Part shown: positions 19,156 to 29,794 of the stretch, one piece after another
Position numbering within the stretch: the first letter of the stretch is position 1
How the letters are laid out: each line of letters begins with the position of its first letter
DNA from: Nitrosopumilus sp.
Lineage (GTDB): Archaea > Thermoproteota > Nitrososphaeria > Nitrososphaerales > Nitrosopumilaceae
Reading direction: 5' to 3'
NCBI GenBank assembly: GCA_965238275.1
Contig: OZ250186.1
Location: 1,376,001-1,440,000 of the forward strand
DNA: 64,000 nucleotides
Notes under the pieces: generated by a model
Told to the model about the DNA's origin: nothing
Databases searched by the model: none
The model's input: only the letters and a program-made list of their open reading frames with translations
Translations under genes and position numbers: made by a program

Positions 19156-21387
19156 CTCCAGCAGGCGCGCGACGGGGTACCGTTAAACGAGATTACCTGC
19201 GGCGACGGGCGCGTACTCATGGCATCGCCGTCCGGATCGCCTGCGTGCGTCTTTGCAGGATCAACGGCGGCACTGGAACAGCGCGGGTTCGTGCTGCTGC
19301 TGGCTGAGGCTCCTCGTGACACTGCCCCTTCCACACAACCAGACATGTCAGGGAAACCCGAGGTTAATATTTCTGACACAGAAAATCCCGGCGACAGGCA
19401 GTTTGTCACCACGTGGAGGACCGTCTCGCCAAACGAGTCCATAACCATCCCGGTGGGTGGCACAACCGGCGCCTACACGGTAGACTGGGGCGACGGCAGC
19501 AGCGTGTCTTCCAACGTCACGGGCGACCAGAGCCACGCATACAAAAATGCCGGAGAATACACAGTCCGGATATCAGGCGACTTTACGAGGATACTGCTTG
19601 GCGAAGACTATGACAACGCCGGCAAACTCGTATCGATCGACCAGTGGGGCGACATCCGATGGGAGTCGATGGCATCAGCGTTCGGGGGAACAACGTTCAC
19701 GTATCGCGCGACAGACGCCCCGGATCTATCCGGGGTGACTGACATGAGTGCCATGTTCCGATGGTCGTCCTTTGACGGCGACGTCTCAGGATGGGACGTC
19801 TCGAGCGTGGAGAACATGGGTGCGATGTTCTCCGGCACCCCTTTCAACGGCAACGTCTCAGGATGGGACGTCTCGAGCGTGGAGAACATGGGTGCGATGT
19901 TCTCCGGCACCCCTTTCAACGGCAACGTCTCAGGATGGGACGTCTCGAGCGTGGAGAACATGGACGAGATGTTCTCCGACGCCCCGTTCTTTGACGGTGA
20001 CCTCTCAGGATGGGACGTCTCAAACGTGGAAATCATGGAAGAGATGTTCTTTGGCGCCTCCTCATTCAACGGCGACGTCTCAGGATGGGACGTCTCAAAC
20101 GTGGGAGACATGCACGGGATGTTCAGCGAATCCTCCTTCAACGGCGACCTCTCGTCGTGGAACGTCTCGAACGTGGGAGACATGCACGGGATGTTCAGCG
20201 AATCCTCCTTCAACGGCGACCTCTCGTCGTGGGACCTCTCGAACGTGGAGAACATGGGTGCGATATTCTCCGGCACCCCCTTCAACGGCGACATCTCCGG
20301 ATGGGACGTCTCTAGCGTGAAAAGCATGGGCGCGATGTTCCTTGGCGCCTCCTCCTTTGATGGCGACATCTCCGGATGGGACGTCTCTAGTGTGGGATTC
20401 ATGGATCTGATGTTCGAAGGCGCCTCCTCATTCAACGGCAACCTCTCCGGGTGGGACACGTCTAACGTGAGATTCATGGACGAGATGTTCGAAGGCGCCT
20501 CCTCATTCAACGGCAACCTCTCCGGGTGGGACGTCTCTAGCGTGAAAAGCATGCTCGGAATGTTCGAAGGCGCCTCCTCATTCAACGGCGACATCTCCGG
20601 GTGGGACGTCTCTAGCGTGAAAAGCATGGAACGCATGTTCCGCGACGCCTCCTCATTCAACGGCGACATCTCCGGATGGGACGTCTCTAGCGTGACAGAT
20701 ATGAAAGCCATGTTCGAAGAGTCCTCCTTTAACGGCGACATCTCCGGATGGGACGTCTCAGAAGTGACAGACATGAGCTACATGTTTGTTTTATCTGATT
20801 TTAGCGGCGACATCTCGGGGTGGGACGTCTCAGAAGTAACAGACATGTATACCATGTTTGCCACCTCTGATTTTAACGGCGACATCTCCGGGTGGGACGT
20901 CTCGGGCGTGTTACACATGGAAGAGATGTTCGCACTATCCAACTTCAGCGGCGACGTCTCCGGGTGGGACGTCTCGGGCGTGATCAACATGAGGAACATG
21001 TTCCAAGACTCTGACTTCAACGGAAACATCTCCTCATGGGACGTCTCGAACGTGGTAGGCATGAGCGGCATGTTCTCCGGCACGTCGTTATTCGTTCAGA
21101 ACTTGGGCAACTGGCACATCGTGCTTGACCGCACCGCAATCGATGACGCCACTGCCGGAATTGTCGGGAGGATATCTGCACAAAACAGTTACCTAGATAG
21201 TCAAGTCTCAGAATACGGCATCGGTTCAGGCGGCAATTCTGACTACTTTGAGATCGTCGACGGTGATGTGCTCAGGATGAAGGATATTGCAGACGTCTCG
21301 GAAAACCCCCCGTACACGGTCAACATCACGTCTGCCGGAGGGTATGGCACGGACAACTTCCGAGTGTTTGACATAACCATGAGTTAA
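19063..21387 (+). CDS. BspA-like / DUF285 repeat surface protein
   Basis: signal peptide; FVTTWRT PKD-like domain; about 20 repeats WDVSSV..M..MF....FNGDISG; cadherin-like tail. Confidence 0.9.
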   Translation: MRKVAILVMAVTISVLSTAGFAAYAEQVPTPLQQARDGVPLNEITCGDGRVLMASPSGSPACVFAGSTAALEQRGFVLLLAEAPRDTAPSTQPDMSGKPEVNISDTENPGDRQFVTTWRTVSPNESITIPVGGTTGAYTVDWGDGSSVSSNVTGDQSHAYKNAGEYTVRISGDFTRILLGEDYDNAGKLVSIDQWGDIRWESMASAFGGTTFTYRATDAPDLSGVTDMSAMFRWSSFDGDVSGWDVSSVENMGAMFSGTPFNGNVSGWDVSSVENMGAMFSGTPFNGNVSGWDVSSVENMDEMFSDAPFFDGDLSGWDVSNVEIMEEMFFGASSFNGDVSGWDVSNVGDMHGMFSESSFNGDLSSWNVSNVGDMHGMFSESSFNGDLSSWDLSNVENMGAIFSGTPFNGDISGWDVSSVKSMGAMFLGASSFDGDISGWDVSSVGFMDLMFEGASSFNGNLSGWDTSNVRFMDEMFEGASSFNGNLSGWDVSSVKSMLGMFEGASSFNGDISGWDVSSVKSMERMFRDASSFNGDISGWDVSSVTDMKAMFEESSFNGDISGWDVSEVTDMSYMFVLSDFSGDISGWDVSEVTDMYTMFATSDFNGDISGWDVSGVLHMEEMFALSNFSGDVSGWDVSGVINMRNMFQDSDFNGNISSWDVSNVVGMSGMFSGTSLFVQNLGNWHIVLDRTAIDDATAGIVGRISAQNSYLDSQVSEYGIGSGGNSDYFEIVDGDVLRMKDIADVSENPPYTVNITSAGGYGTDNFRVFDITMS

Positions 21388-21617
21388 CTGCCTGAATTGA
21401 AAACTTCAGACGGTACATTCGGCGGCATCATTTTTCCCCAATACGGATCAGATTCGATCTTGGACAGGTTCAGCCAAAATTCAAGAATAAAGAAAAACTG
21501 TATCTTGCAGATGCTGCATGCAGAACACGCGGCGGGGATTGTTCGCAAGATGGAGCCGGATCTCCACGCGGAATGGTTTGATGCGTGGCCGGCGGATCCG
21601 ATAAAGCAGGCGACAGG

Positions 21618-21798
21618 ACAAGCAGCACGCGTTCTGTCTGAAACTTAAGTACCGTCAAACCCAAGCAACACCGTGAGACCGGTTGCGATGTTGGTGATGG
21701 CAGTCGTGATATCCGTACTGTCCGCTGCCGACTTCGAAGCCTACGCCGAACAGGCTCCAACGCCCATCCACTTTGAATCCATGTCCCCTTATCCATAA
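21618..21798 (+). pseudogene. promoter plus signal-peptide repeat copy 2, truncated after 41 codons
   Basis: GTG at 21673 reads VRPVAMLVMAVVISVLSAADFEAYAEQAPTP, then unrelated sequence and TAA at 21796-21798. Confidence 0.8.
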
Positions 21799-21881
21799 CC
21801 GCCCTGCACCTGAATGGCAGGTCCTGCACGGGCACCTGTCTTGGATTATATGTTTTTAATAACCACACACAAAGGATTGTC

Positions 21882-23474
21882 ATGTATGTTCTCCTCCTCC
21901 TGCTGCTGCCGCTGCTGGCCGCCTTTGCAGTCGGTGTAGGGGGTATGGCATATGCCGAACCTGTCCTCAACGATCCCGGGCTAGAATTTGATGTCTTTGT
22001 GTCTGATCTCTGCTGCGGGGTGACTAGCATGGAGTTTGTCAGTGACAGCGAATTGCTGGTCCTGCAAAAGGGCGGCAAGGTCAGGCTGATACGAGACGGG
22101 GTGCTGCAAAAGGAGCCGGTCCTGTTTGTGGAGACGCAGCCAATCCGGGAGTCCGGCCTGCTTGGGATCACGTCAGTCGGCTCCACGGTATACATCTACT
22201 ATACTGCAACAGTGCCCAGCGAAGTCGAGAGGGTGAACAGGATATACAGCTATGTGTGGGACGGGGAACGCCTGAAAGACCCGGTCCTGATAAAGGAGCT
22301 TCCCGCAAACCTGTATCACAACAGCGGGGTGATGCTCACCGGCCCCGACGATCAGGTGTATGCAGTCATAGGAGACACCGGAAGGTACGGACCGCTGCAA
22401 AACAAGCCTCTGGAGTATCTCTTCCCTCCCGGAATCACCGACTATCTGGACACAAGCGTGATACTGCGGGTGGAGCCGGAAGGGCCGTATTACGCAGTTG
22501 GCATAAGGAACAGCTTTGGCCTTGCCATAGACCCGGTCACGGGCATGATGTGGGCCACGGAGAATGGCGATGATGACTTTGACGAGGTAAACATGGTGCC
22601 TGATGGATTCAACAGTGGATGGAATGCGATAATGGGCCCTGCAACCGACGAGGAGTTGGCAGGATTCATAGGGTACGAGGATTACACGTATCAGGATCCA
22701 AAGTTCAGCTGGGTAAGGACGGTGGCGCCTGCGGCCATCGAGTTTGCAGATTTTGCAGATACTGATGCGTACGACGATTCAATCTTTGTGGGGGACTGCA
22801 ACAACAGCCACCTCTACAGGTTCCAGCTGAACCCGGAACGCGACGGGCTTGTCTTCTCCAGCCCGGATCTGCAGGATGCGGTGGCAGGCCTAGAAGACTC
22901 CCAGGATGAGATAATCACAGGTACGGGGTTTGGATGCATTACAGACATGGAGATGGGGCCTGACGGCCTCTTGTACCTGATAAGCCATGTGGAGAACACA
23001 ATATACCGGATAGGCCCCAAGGGCTCTGCAGCCTTTGCAGAATCCGCAGTACCTGCAGAATCCGCAGTACCCAAGGGCGGAGGCGGGTGCCTTGTGGCTA
23101 CGGCGGTGTACGGCACCGAGCTTGCGCCGCAGATTCAGATGCTGCGCGAGATAAGGGACGGGCACCTGTTGAACACAGAATCGGGAGCCGCGTTCATGGC
23201 AGCCTTCAACTCGGCCTATTACTCGTTCTCGCCGGCAGTGGCAGACATGGTACGGGAGTATCCAGCGGTGCGCGAGGCCGTAAGGGCGCTCATCCTGCCA
23301 ATGATCCTAACGCTCCCAATAATGGGTGCGGCCGACGGAGGCACGGACGCAGAAATACTTGCCCTGGGGGCCTCGGTGATACTTTTGAATGTCGGCATCT
23401 ATGTGGCAGCACCGGTAGCGGCGGCAATGCAGATACGCAGGCAGGTAGCCGGCAGGATGCGCCACGCCTCCTGA
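21882..23474 (+). CDS. PQQ-dependent glucose/sorbosone dehydrogenase family protein with CFI-box-CTERM-like tail
   Basis: ESGLLGI, HNSG, YAVGIRNSFG, TENG...DEVN; GGGCLVATAVYG...LREIRD plus TM helices. Confidence 0.88.
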   Translation: MYVLLLLLLPLLAAFAVGVGGMAYAEPVLNDPGLEFDVFVSDLCCGVTSMEFVSDSELLVLQKGGKVRLIRDGVLQKEPVLFVETQPIRESGLLGITSVGSTVYIYYTATVPSEVERVNRIYSYVWDGERLKDPVLIKELPANLYHNSGVMLTGPDDQVYAVIGDTGRYGPLQNKPLEYLFPPGITDYLDTSVILRVEPEGPYYAVGIRNSFGLAIDPVTGMMWATENGDDDFDEVNMVPDGFNSGWNAIMGPATDEELAGFIGYEDYTYQDPKFSWVRTVAPAAIEFADFADTDAYDDSIFVGDCNNSHLYRFQLNPERDGLVFSSPDLQDAVAGLEDSQDEIITGTGFGCITDMEMGPDGLLYLISHVENTIYRIGPKGSAAFAESAVPAESAVPKGGGGCLVATAVYGTELAPQIQMLREIRDGHLLNTESGAAFMAAFNSAYYSFSPAVADMVREYPAVREAVRALILPMILTLPIMGAADGGTDAEILALGASVILLNVGIYVAAPVAAAMQIRRQVAGRMRHAS

Positions 23475-23567
23475 GGCTGTGCGTGCGTAGCGGCCAAAAT
23501 ATTTTGCTTCATGGAACCCGCACCGTCCGAATTTGATGTCTTGCTGCAAGGGGACTAACGTCCGGCA

Positions 23568-23960
23568 TTATTCCCGCAGGCGATCCCTTCTCTCTATGAC
23601 TGCGCCGTCAACGATGATGCTGCGCGTCCTGACTGCCATCCCCCTGATGCTGCTGCATTCTGCAGAGCATGCGCCCTGATCAAAGACATTCTCCGGAAAC
23701 CTTCCATGCTTTGCCGAAAACACATACCTGATTAACTGCCACAGCCCCCTGCTTCCCCCGTATGCCTTGGTATCGGTCACGAACCACGACATCTCCAGGC
23801 CGTCGTACCCCTTGGGAAATATTCCCTGCTTGAATTCCGTTCCCTGCTTGGTATGGTGCCCGATCATCGTGATCCTGCCGTCGAGAATACTGTTGACCAG
23901 CCTGGCATAATCCATACACGGGGAGCACAGGTTGTCATAAATCAGTACCGGGTAATTCAT
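23568..23960 (-). CDS. DCC1-like thiol-disulfide family protein
   Basis: N-terminal LIYDNLCSPC (DxxCxxC). Confidence 0.65.
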   Translation of the reverse strand: MNYPVLIYDNLCSPCMDYARLVNSILDGRITMIGHHTKQGTEFKQGIFPKGYDGLEMSWFVTDTKAYGGSRGLWQLIRYVFSAKHGRFPENVFDQGACSAECSSIRGMAVRTRSIIVDGAVIERRDRLRE

Positions 23961-24097
23961 GATACCGTTACGTGCAGATATGATTTAAAGTGATGCAGCC
24001 GGTGGCAGCAGCATCCCAACTGCGTACCCTGGACTGCCTTTGCAGGCATGCATGGGACAGGCGAACTTTAAAAGCAGAGGCATTCCATGGAACTCTG

Positions 24098-24229
24098 ATG
24101 AAGGCGCGGTTCAACGGAAAATGTGTAGAATGCGGGGGTGCGATAAAGACCGGCAGGGAGATAGCAAAGAACTCCAAGGAACAATGGGTTCACAAGGCAT
24201 GCTCTGACATTGAAGACGAGATTCCATGA
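24098..24229 (+). CDS. 43-aa zinc-finger microprotein
   Basis: MKARFNGKCVECG...WVHKAC; TTTAAA about 30 nt upstream. Confidence 0.75.
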   Translation: MKARFNGKCVECGGAIKTGREIAKNSKEQWVHKACSDIEDEIP

Positions 24230-24284
24230 CGATGATGACGATGATTTGCAGAAATTTATTTAAGCCTCAACGGCACACCCCATA

Positions 24285-24716
24285 ATGGCAATGATAACAT
24301 CCGGTCTTCTCATGAGTGTCTCTGCAATGGCCGTACTCGGCATGATTGGCATCCCGGCAATAGTATCTGCAGAACCAAATGTCGGGACTGTCACAGTCGT
24401 CCCGCTAAACGAGGAGATCAGCATGGAAAAGACTGTCATACCGATGAACATCCCCCTGGCCAACACGCATCCCTGGGGGGCAGTCAGCGGGGAGCTGTCC
24501 GAGCACGTTGACGGGTATCCGGTAGTCATCCAGTTCTATCAGGGCGACGATCTTGTCCACACCGCACAAGTTGATGTGGCAGATGACGGATCCTATGACT
24601 ACCAGTTCCGAGTCAGGAACCTTGATGCGCTGACCGGGGAGTTTGTAGACATCTTTTCTGGCGACTATGCCGTCCACATATTCAAGGTGGTTCCAAACAA
24701 CAGTCTCCTGGTCTAG
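24285..24716 (+). CDS. secreted thaumarchaeal hypothetical protein
   Basis: signal peptide followed by a beta-rich domain (GYPVVIQ, DGSYDYQFRV). Confidence 0.75.
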   Translation: MAMITSGLLMSVSAMAVLGMIGIPAIVSAEPNVGTVTVVPLNEEISMEKTVIPMNIPLANTHPWGAVSGELSEHVDGYPVVIQFYQGDDLVHTAQVDVADDGSYDYQFRVRNLDALTGEFVDIFSGDYAVHIFKVVPNNSLLV

Positions 24717-24824
24717 CCAGAATAATACCCTGACTTGCTGACGATGTTTTGGTTCCTGCAAGCCATCCTCCCCGCAAAACCATTTCTGATAATTCATGTG
24801 TCAAACGGCACCGCCTGTAGCCAG

Positions 24825-25364
24825 ATGAGCAAGAACTTCTGGCACGACATCGAACCGGGAATCGACATCCCGGAGATCATCAACGTGATCGTGGAGATCC
24901 CAAAGGGCTCGATGAACAAGTACGAGTACGACAAGAAACACAACCTGATAAAACTTGACAGGGTCCTGTTCTCGCCGTTTCATTACCCCGGGGACTACGG
25001 ACTTGTCCCCCAGACGCTTTCCGAGGACGGAGACCCGCTTGACGCACTCGTCCTTGTCACAAATCCCACATATCCTGGAATTCTCATAGAGGCAAGGCCC
25101 ATCGGGCTGCTGCAGATGAGGGATGACGGAAGTATTGATGACAAGATAATCTGCGTCTCTACCAACGACCCGCGGTACCTTCACGCCGCAGACATCACAG
25201 ACATCGAGGATCACTACCGCTCCGAGATTGCGCACTTTTTCCAGGTCTACAAGGATCTGGAGGGAAAGAAGGTCGAGATAATGGGATGGAAGCCGTCTGA
25301 TGCTGCAAAGTCCGTAGTCATCAGCTCCATAAAGCGGTACAAGGACACCCTCCAAAAATACTGA
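24825..25364 (+). CDS. ppa: inorganic pyrophosphatase
   Basis: EIPKGSMNKYE, YPGDYG, DGDPLD, DDKII. Confidence 0.96.
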   Translation: MSKNFWHDIEPGIDIPEIINVIVEIPKGSMNKYEYDKKHNLIKLDRVLFSPFHYPGDYGLVPQTLSEDGDPLDALVLVTNPTYPGILIEARPIGLLQMRDDGSIDDKIICVSTNDPRYLHAADITDIEDHYRSEIAHFFQVYKDLEGKKVEIMGWKPSDAAKSVVISSIKRYKDTLQKY

Positions 25365-25431
25365 GGCGCTGCAGGCATCCTGCACGCGCCGGTACCATTG
25401 ATTTTTTAATGGTCGCAAAAGAGCAAGACCG

Positions 25432-27201
25432 ATGGTCCAATACGCCCTGGGGGAATGGAGCCTGTCGGAACTGGCAGATGATCCAAAGGGCGAGGCCTTT
25501 CAAAGGCAGGTACGCAGGCTTGAAAGAAAGGCAAAAAAGTTTGAAAAGACAAAGTCAGAGCTGGTCCCCCAAATCCCCACTGAGAGATTCATGGGGATGA
25601 TAGGGGACATGGAGAAGATCTCAGAGGAGATGCACAAGGTCGTGGGATACGCATCCCTGTCATACGCAGCAGACACCCAGTCAGACGATGCGACATCGCT
25701 GATGACGAGGATGCTCAAGCTGAGTTCTGATGTGTCCAACCGTATCCTGTTCTTTGATTTGTGGTGGAAGAAGGACGTTGGCGAGGCAGACGCCAAGAGG
25801 CTGGCAGGCGGGGCAGGCGAGCTTGCCGAGTACCTGCTGCACAAGAGGCTGCTTGCAAGGTATTCCCTCAGCGAGCCCGAGGAGCGGATAATCAACACGC
25901 TGGATGTCACGGGGGCATCAGCCCTGACAAAGCTGTACGACAAGATAACCGGCGCGTACAGGTACAAGATGAGAGTCGGGCGCAGGACCAGGACGATGAC
26001 GCGCGAGGAGATTACCGGCTATGTCAAGAATGCAAATCCTAATCTCCGCCAGAATGCCTACCGGACCGTCCTCTCAAGGTATGCCCAGGACAGGGGGGTG
26101 GCAGGCGAGATATACCAGAACATTGTTCTTAACTGGAGGGACGAGGGAATCGAGATTAGGGGGCACAAGACGCCCATCTCGATTAGAAACATTGGAAACA
26201 ACATAGACGACAAGACAGTGAATTCGCTCCTTTTGGCATGCAGGAAGAACGCGCCCATCTTCCAGAGGTTCTTTGTTCAAAAGGCAAGAATGCTTGACAT
26301 GGACGCACTCAGGCGGTACGACCTGTATGCGCCTGTTACTGCGCGCACCGAAAAGAGATACTCGTACGACCAGTCAGTCAGGATGGTGTTTGATTCGCTG
26401 GAACGGTTCAGCGGCACCCTTGCAGGATACGCAAGGCGCGTCTTTGAGGAGAACCATATCGACTCTGCGATACGGCCCGGAAAGAGGGACGGGGCGTTTT
26501 GCAGCACGCTGACGCCCGGCATTACCCCGTACGTGATGGTAAACTTTACCGGAAAGTCAAGGGACGTCTTTACCCTGGCACACGAGCTTGGCCATGCAGC
26601 GCACAGCCAGGCTGCCGGGGGCAGATCAATACTGGTCCAGGATCCCCAGCTTCCCCTGGCAGAGACTGCATCCACGTTCTCTGAATTACTGCTCTATGAC
26701 AGCCTGTCTGAGAGGATTGCCGATGATGAAAAGAGGGCGATGCTCTCTGAGAAGATCGACGATCTGTACGCCACCATACTCCGGCAGTCGTTTTTTACAG
26801 TCTTTGAAGTCGACGCCCACAAGCAGATCGGGCAGGGGGCCACGACAGAGGAGGTTTCAAAGACGTACCTGCAGAACCTCAGGGAGCAGTTTGGAGGCTC
26901 CGTGGACGTCTCTGAGGACTTTTCAGACGAGTGGCTCTGCATACCGCACTTTTACCACTCGCCGTTCTACTGCTATGCATACTCTTTTGGAAACCTGCTT
27001 GCGCTGTCGCTGTTTCAGAGGTACAAAAAGGAGGGCAGGGACTTTGTCCCGGCATACATCAGCATACTTGCAGCAGGCGGCTCCCGAAAGCCCGAGGGGC
27101 TGCTGGCAGAACACGGGTTTGACATCCACTCCCGGAGATTCTGGCAGGAGGGGTTTGATTACGTGGACAGGCAGGTAAGAGAACTCTCTTCACTTAATTA
27201 A
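25432..27201 (+). CDS. pepF: M3 oligoendopeptidase F
   Basis: GKRDGAFC, TLAHELGH, AETASTFSE, IPHFY...FYCYAY. Confidence 0.92.
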   Translation: MVQYALGEWSLSELADDPKGEAFQRQVRRLERKAKKFEKTKSELVPQIPTERFMGMIGDMEKISEEMHKVVGYASLSYAADTQSDDATSLMTRMLKLSSDVSNRILFFDLWWKKDVGEADAKRLAGGAGELAEYLLHKRLLARYSLSEPEERIINTLDVTGASALTKLYDKITGAYRYKMRVGRRTRTMTREEITGYVKNANPNLRQNAYRTVLSRYAQDRGVAGEIYQNIVLNWRDEGIEIRGHKTPISIRNIGNNIDDKTVNSLLLACRKNAPIFQRFFVQKARMLDMDALRRYDLYAPVTARTEKRYSYDQSVRMVFDSLERFSGTLAGYARRVFEENHIDSAIRPGKRDGAFCSTLTPGITPYVMVNFTGKSRDVFTLAHELGHAAHSQAAGGRSILVQDPQLPLAETASTFSELLLYDSLSERIADDEKRAMLSEKIDDLYATILRQSFFTVFEVDAHKQIGQGATTEEVSKTYLQNLREQFGGSVDVSEDFSDEWLCIPHFYHSPFYCYAYSFGNLLALSLFQRYKKEGRDFVPAYISILAAGGSRKPEGLLAEHGFDIHSRRFWQEGFDYVDRQVRELSSLN

Positions 27202-27309
27202 TTTGGGGCTGGCAGCCTAACGCATAGACTGCCAGCTTGTTCCCCGAACGGTTTGAATTCGATGTCACGGTATCGTGCAGTTTCGACGATTTAAACGTTT
27301 GAGATTCTG

Positions 27310-28753
27310 TAGTTTGTTGCACAACCCTGCCTAGAATCACCCCACTCCTGTGGCCTTGGGCATTCCTGCAGGCAGAATCTGCCGGGCATACGGGAGACAA
27401 GAATAGTGTATGTGCATGTGGCCACTGCAGGTTGACAAAAATCCGCCAAAACCGTCAATTTTTTTGCCCAAAAGGTACAAAGATCACCACTGCCCCCACA
27501 TGTACGTGGCAGATGTAGAGGATGCCGGCGGGAAGAAATCCAGGCTCCACATAACCCATTCCCAGAACGACGCGAGGTATATAGAACAGGGAATGTTGCT
27601 GTTCCTGGCCCCCGATCCGGATTCTGCCAAGGATCTTGCCAGGATGAACAAGAAGAAAAACGGGCGCCCTTTTGACTACTCCGAGTTGACCATAATGGCA
27701 ATCGCCGGGGTGAGGTACAAGCTCAAGCTCGCGTACCGGCCCTGCGAAGGATTGGCGATAAGTGCCCTGGGGGAGGGGGATGCCCCGGATCACACCACGC
27801 TGTGCAGGCGAATCAACAAGATGAATGTCACAAGCGCGGAGGGATGCGTGGAGGTAAGGAGCAAGGGGAGCATCATGCGGCTGATCCCTGACGGCACGGG
27901 ACTGACGCCTTCCACGCGCAGCGACTGGATGCGCCACAAGCACAAGGTAAAGCGGGGCTGGATCAGGCTGAGCGTCATGATCGAGCACGACACGCAAAAG
28001 ATCGTGGCATTCAAGGTGACTGACGAACGCACGGGAGATTCTCCGCAGTTTGAGGGCCTCCTGGAGGACTCGCTGGAGTGCCTCGGAATCGACGCCGGCA
28101 GGCTCTGCAGGAACGCCCGGCAGGGGGGAGGGTCGGCTGACAAAAAGGACCCGGCACAGTCCCCGTCATCTGACAGGAAGGGCCAAGGGGATCGACAACC
28201 CCAGAGGGAGTCAGACGTGATCGAACAGGCAATCAATGCCGCAAGCACGGCTGGGAATCTGGAAGAATCCGTCATAGCCGTCTTGGGTGACGGAGGATAT
28301 GACACCCGGAAGATCCACTCGCTGTGCAAGAATCTCGGGATCTACTCGCTGATCAAGGTACGCCAGAATTCCAATTCCAGATCAAATGGCAAGGGCCGGG
28401 CGCGCGCCTTGGCTGCGCAGGATCAGCTGTGCGGCAGCAAGCACGGGCCCAAGGAACTTTCCGCACTGGACGCCGACGAGCGCTCCAAGAACCAAAAGGA
28501 ATGGAAACGGAAGGTAGGCTATGGCCGCCGGTGGCTTGTAGAGATAGTATTCTCCGCGTTCAAGAGGCGGTTTGGCGACTTTGTGATGGCCAGAACCATG
28601 AAGAACATAATCAACGAGATCGGAATCAAGGTCAGGATATACAATGAACTGCTGGACGTGGCACGGGAGGCAATCATGAGGGCGTAGGAAGGGTGGCAGT
28701 ACTGGCAGTACTTCCCCACGTCCATGGGTTCGACGAGGTTGTGCAACAAACTA
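27310..28753 (+). mobile_element. complete IS5-family element (IS903/ISH1-like)
   Basis: perfect 17-bp TIR TAGTTTGTTGCACAACC / GGTTGTGCAACAAACTA; 8-bp TSD AGATTCTG (27302-27309, 28754-28761). Confidence 0.95.
27410..28687 (+). CDS. IS5-family DDE transposase
   Basis: PDHTTLCRR, DGTG, DGGYDT, GYGRRWLVEIVFSAFKRRFG. Confidence 0.93.
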   Translation: MCMWPLQVDKNPPKPSIFLPKRYKDHHCPHMYVADVEDAGGKKSRLHITHSQNDARYIEQGMLLFLAPDPDSAKDLARMNKKKNGRPFDYSELTIMAIAGVRYKLKLAYRPCEGLAISALGEGDAPDHTTLCRRINKMNVTSAEGCVEVRSKGSIMRLIPDGTGLTPSTRSDWMRHKHKVKRGWIRLSVMIEHDTQKIVAFKVTDERTGDSPQFEGLLEDSLECLGIDAGRLCRNARQGGGSADKKDPAQSPSSDRKGQGDRQPQRESDVIEQAINAASTAGNLEESVIAVLGDGGYDTRKIHSLCKNLGIYSLIKVRQNSNSRSNGKGRARALAAQDQLCGSKHGPKELSALDADERSKNQKEWKRKVGYGRRWLVEIVFSAFKRRFGDFVMARTMKNIINEIGIKVRIYNELLDVAREAIMRA

Positions 28754-28831
28754 AGATTCTGCGGGTGTGTCCTAGAGACATATACCCCCGGATGACAAAA
28801 GATATGGATCGGCAGATCACGGCATCGCCTA

Positions 28832-29794
28832 ATGACTACAAAGAAACGCGATCAACGACAATACGATTTGGTTCAGCAGTACCTGTCTGGTCTCATGCTG
28901 AATACCGTGCTGGGAATAATCAAGGAGCTTGGGAATCCGTACGCCGTCAGGCCCGGCCTGGGCGGCATGACTGCATATCCGCCTGGCGCCATGGCAGCTG
29001 TCTGCATCATGCTTGAGGCACAGCGCACGACCTACCGTAAGATGGTCGGCATTCTCCGGAATAACGGCACCATGGCAGCCAAGATGGGCCTGGACCGGAT
29101 TCCCTCCAAGAGCACGATAGCGCGCGCCTACGGCCTGATCCCGGAATGGTATCTGGCAGAGGCACACCGGATTGCCATCAGGGAGGTGGAGGCAGGCTCC
29201 CTGGCAGCAGACAGCACCGGATACTCGTACCTGCGGTTTGTCAGGTGGCTTGACGTCAGGACCGACAGTTTTCGCACCAGGAAGGGATGGGTCAAACTGC
29301 ACGCAATCGTGGATATCCGCACCAGGGTGATAATCGACTGCATGGTGACAGACAGCGCGGTGGCAGACATAAACGGGTTGTATGTGATGCTCTGCAGGCT
29401 AAGCCGGGGCACCGGCGACTTTTGCCTGGATTCTGCGTATCTGGCAAGGCTCATGTGCAACATGATATCTGCCATGGGAATGGTGCCCCGCATCAAGCCA
29501 AAGTCCAACACCGTACGCAACGCCAAGGGAAGCCAGTCGTGGCGCGAGATGGTGAGCCTGTACATGGATGATCGGGACAAATTTGATTCGCAGTACCACC
29601 AGCGGAGCATCATCGAGGCAGTCTTTGCCGCCCTCAAGAAGATGTACGGGGATGGCACCAGATGCCGAAAACACGAGAACCGGGCAAATGAGGTTGCGAT
29701 CCGCATCATGTGCTACAACGTCGAGCTCGTGGCCAGATTGCAGGCAAAAGACGGTAGGCTCACACAGGATCAAATCGCGATACTTGCAGCGTAA
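28832..29794 (+). mobile_element. second IS5-like DDE transposase (ends imperfect, about 28763-29816)
   Basis: IPSKSTI, ADSTG, WVKLHAIVD, LDSAY, YHQRSIIEAVFAALK; weak GG.GTGTC...GACACGCGCC ends. Confidence 0.88.

Noticed and set aside
19740-21100. Diversity-generating retroelement or CRISPR in the 63-66-bp repeats
   Set aside because: These are in-frame DUF285 repeats; no reverse transcriptase or separate template repeat is visible in the window.
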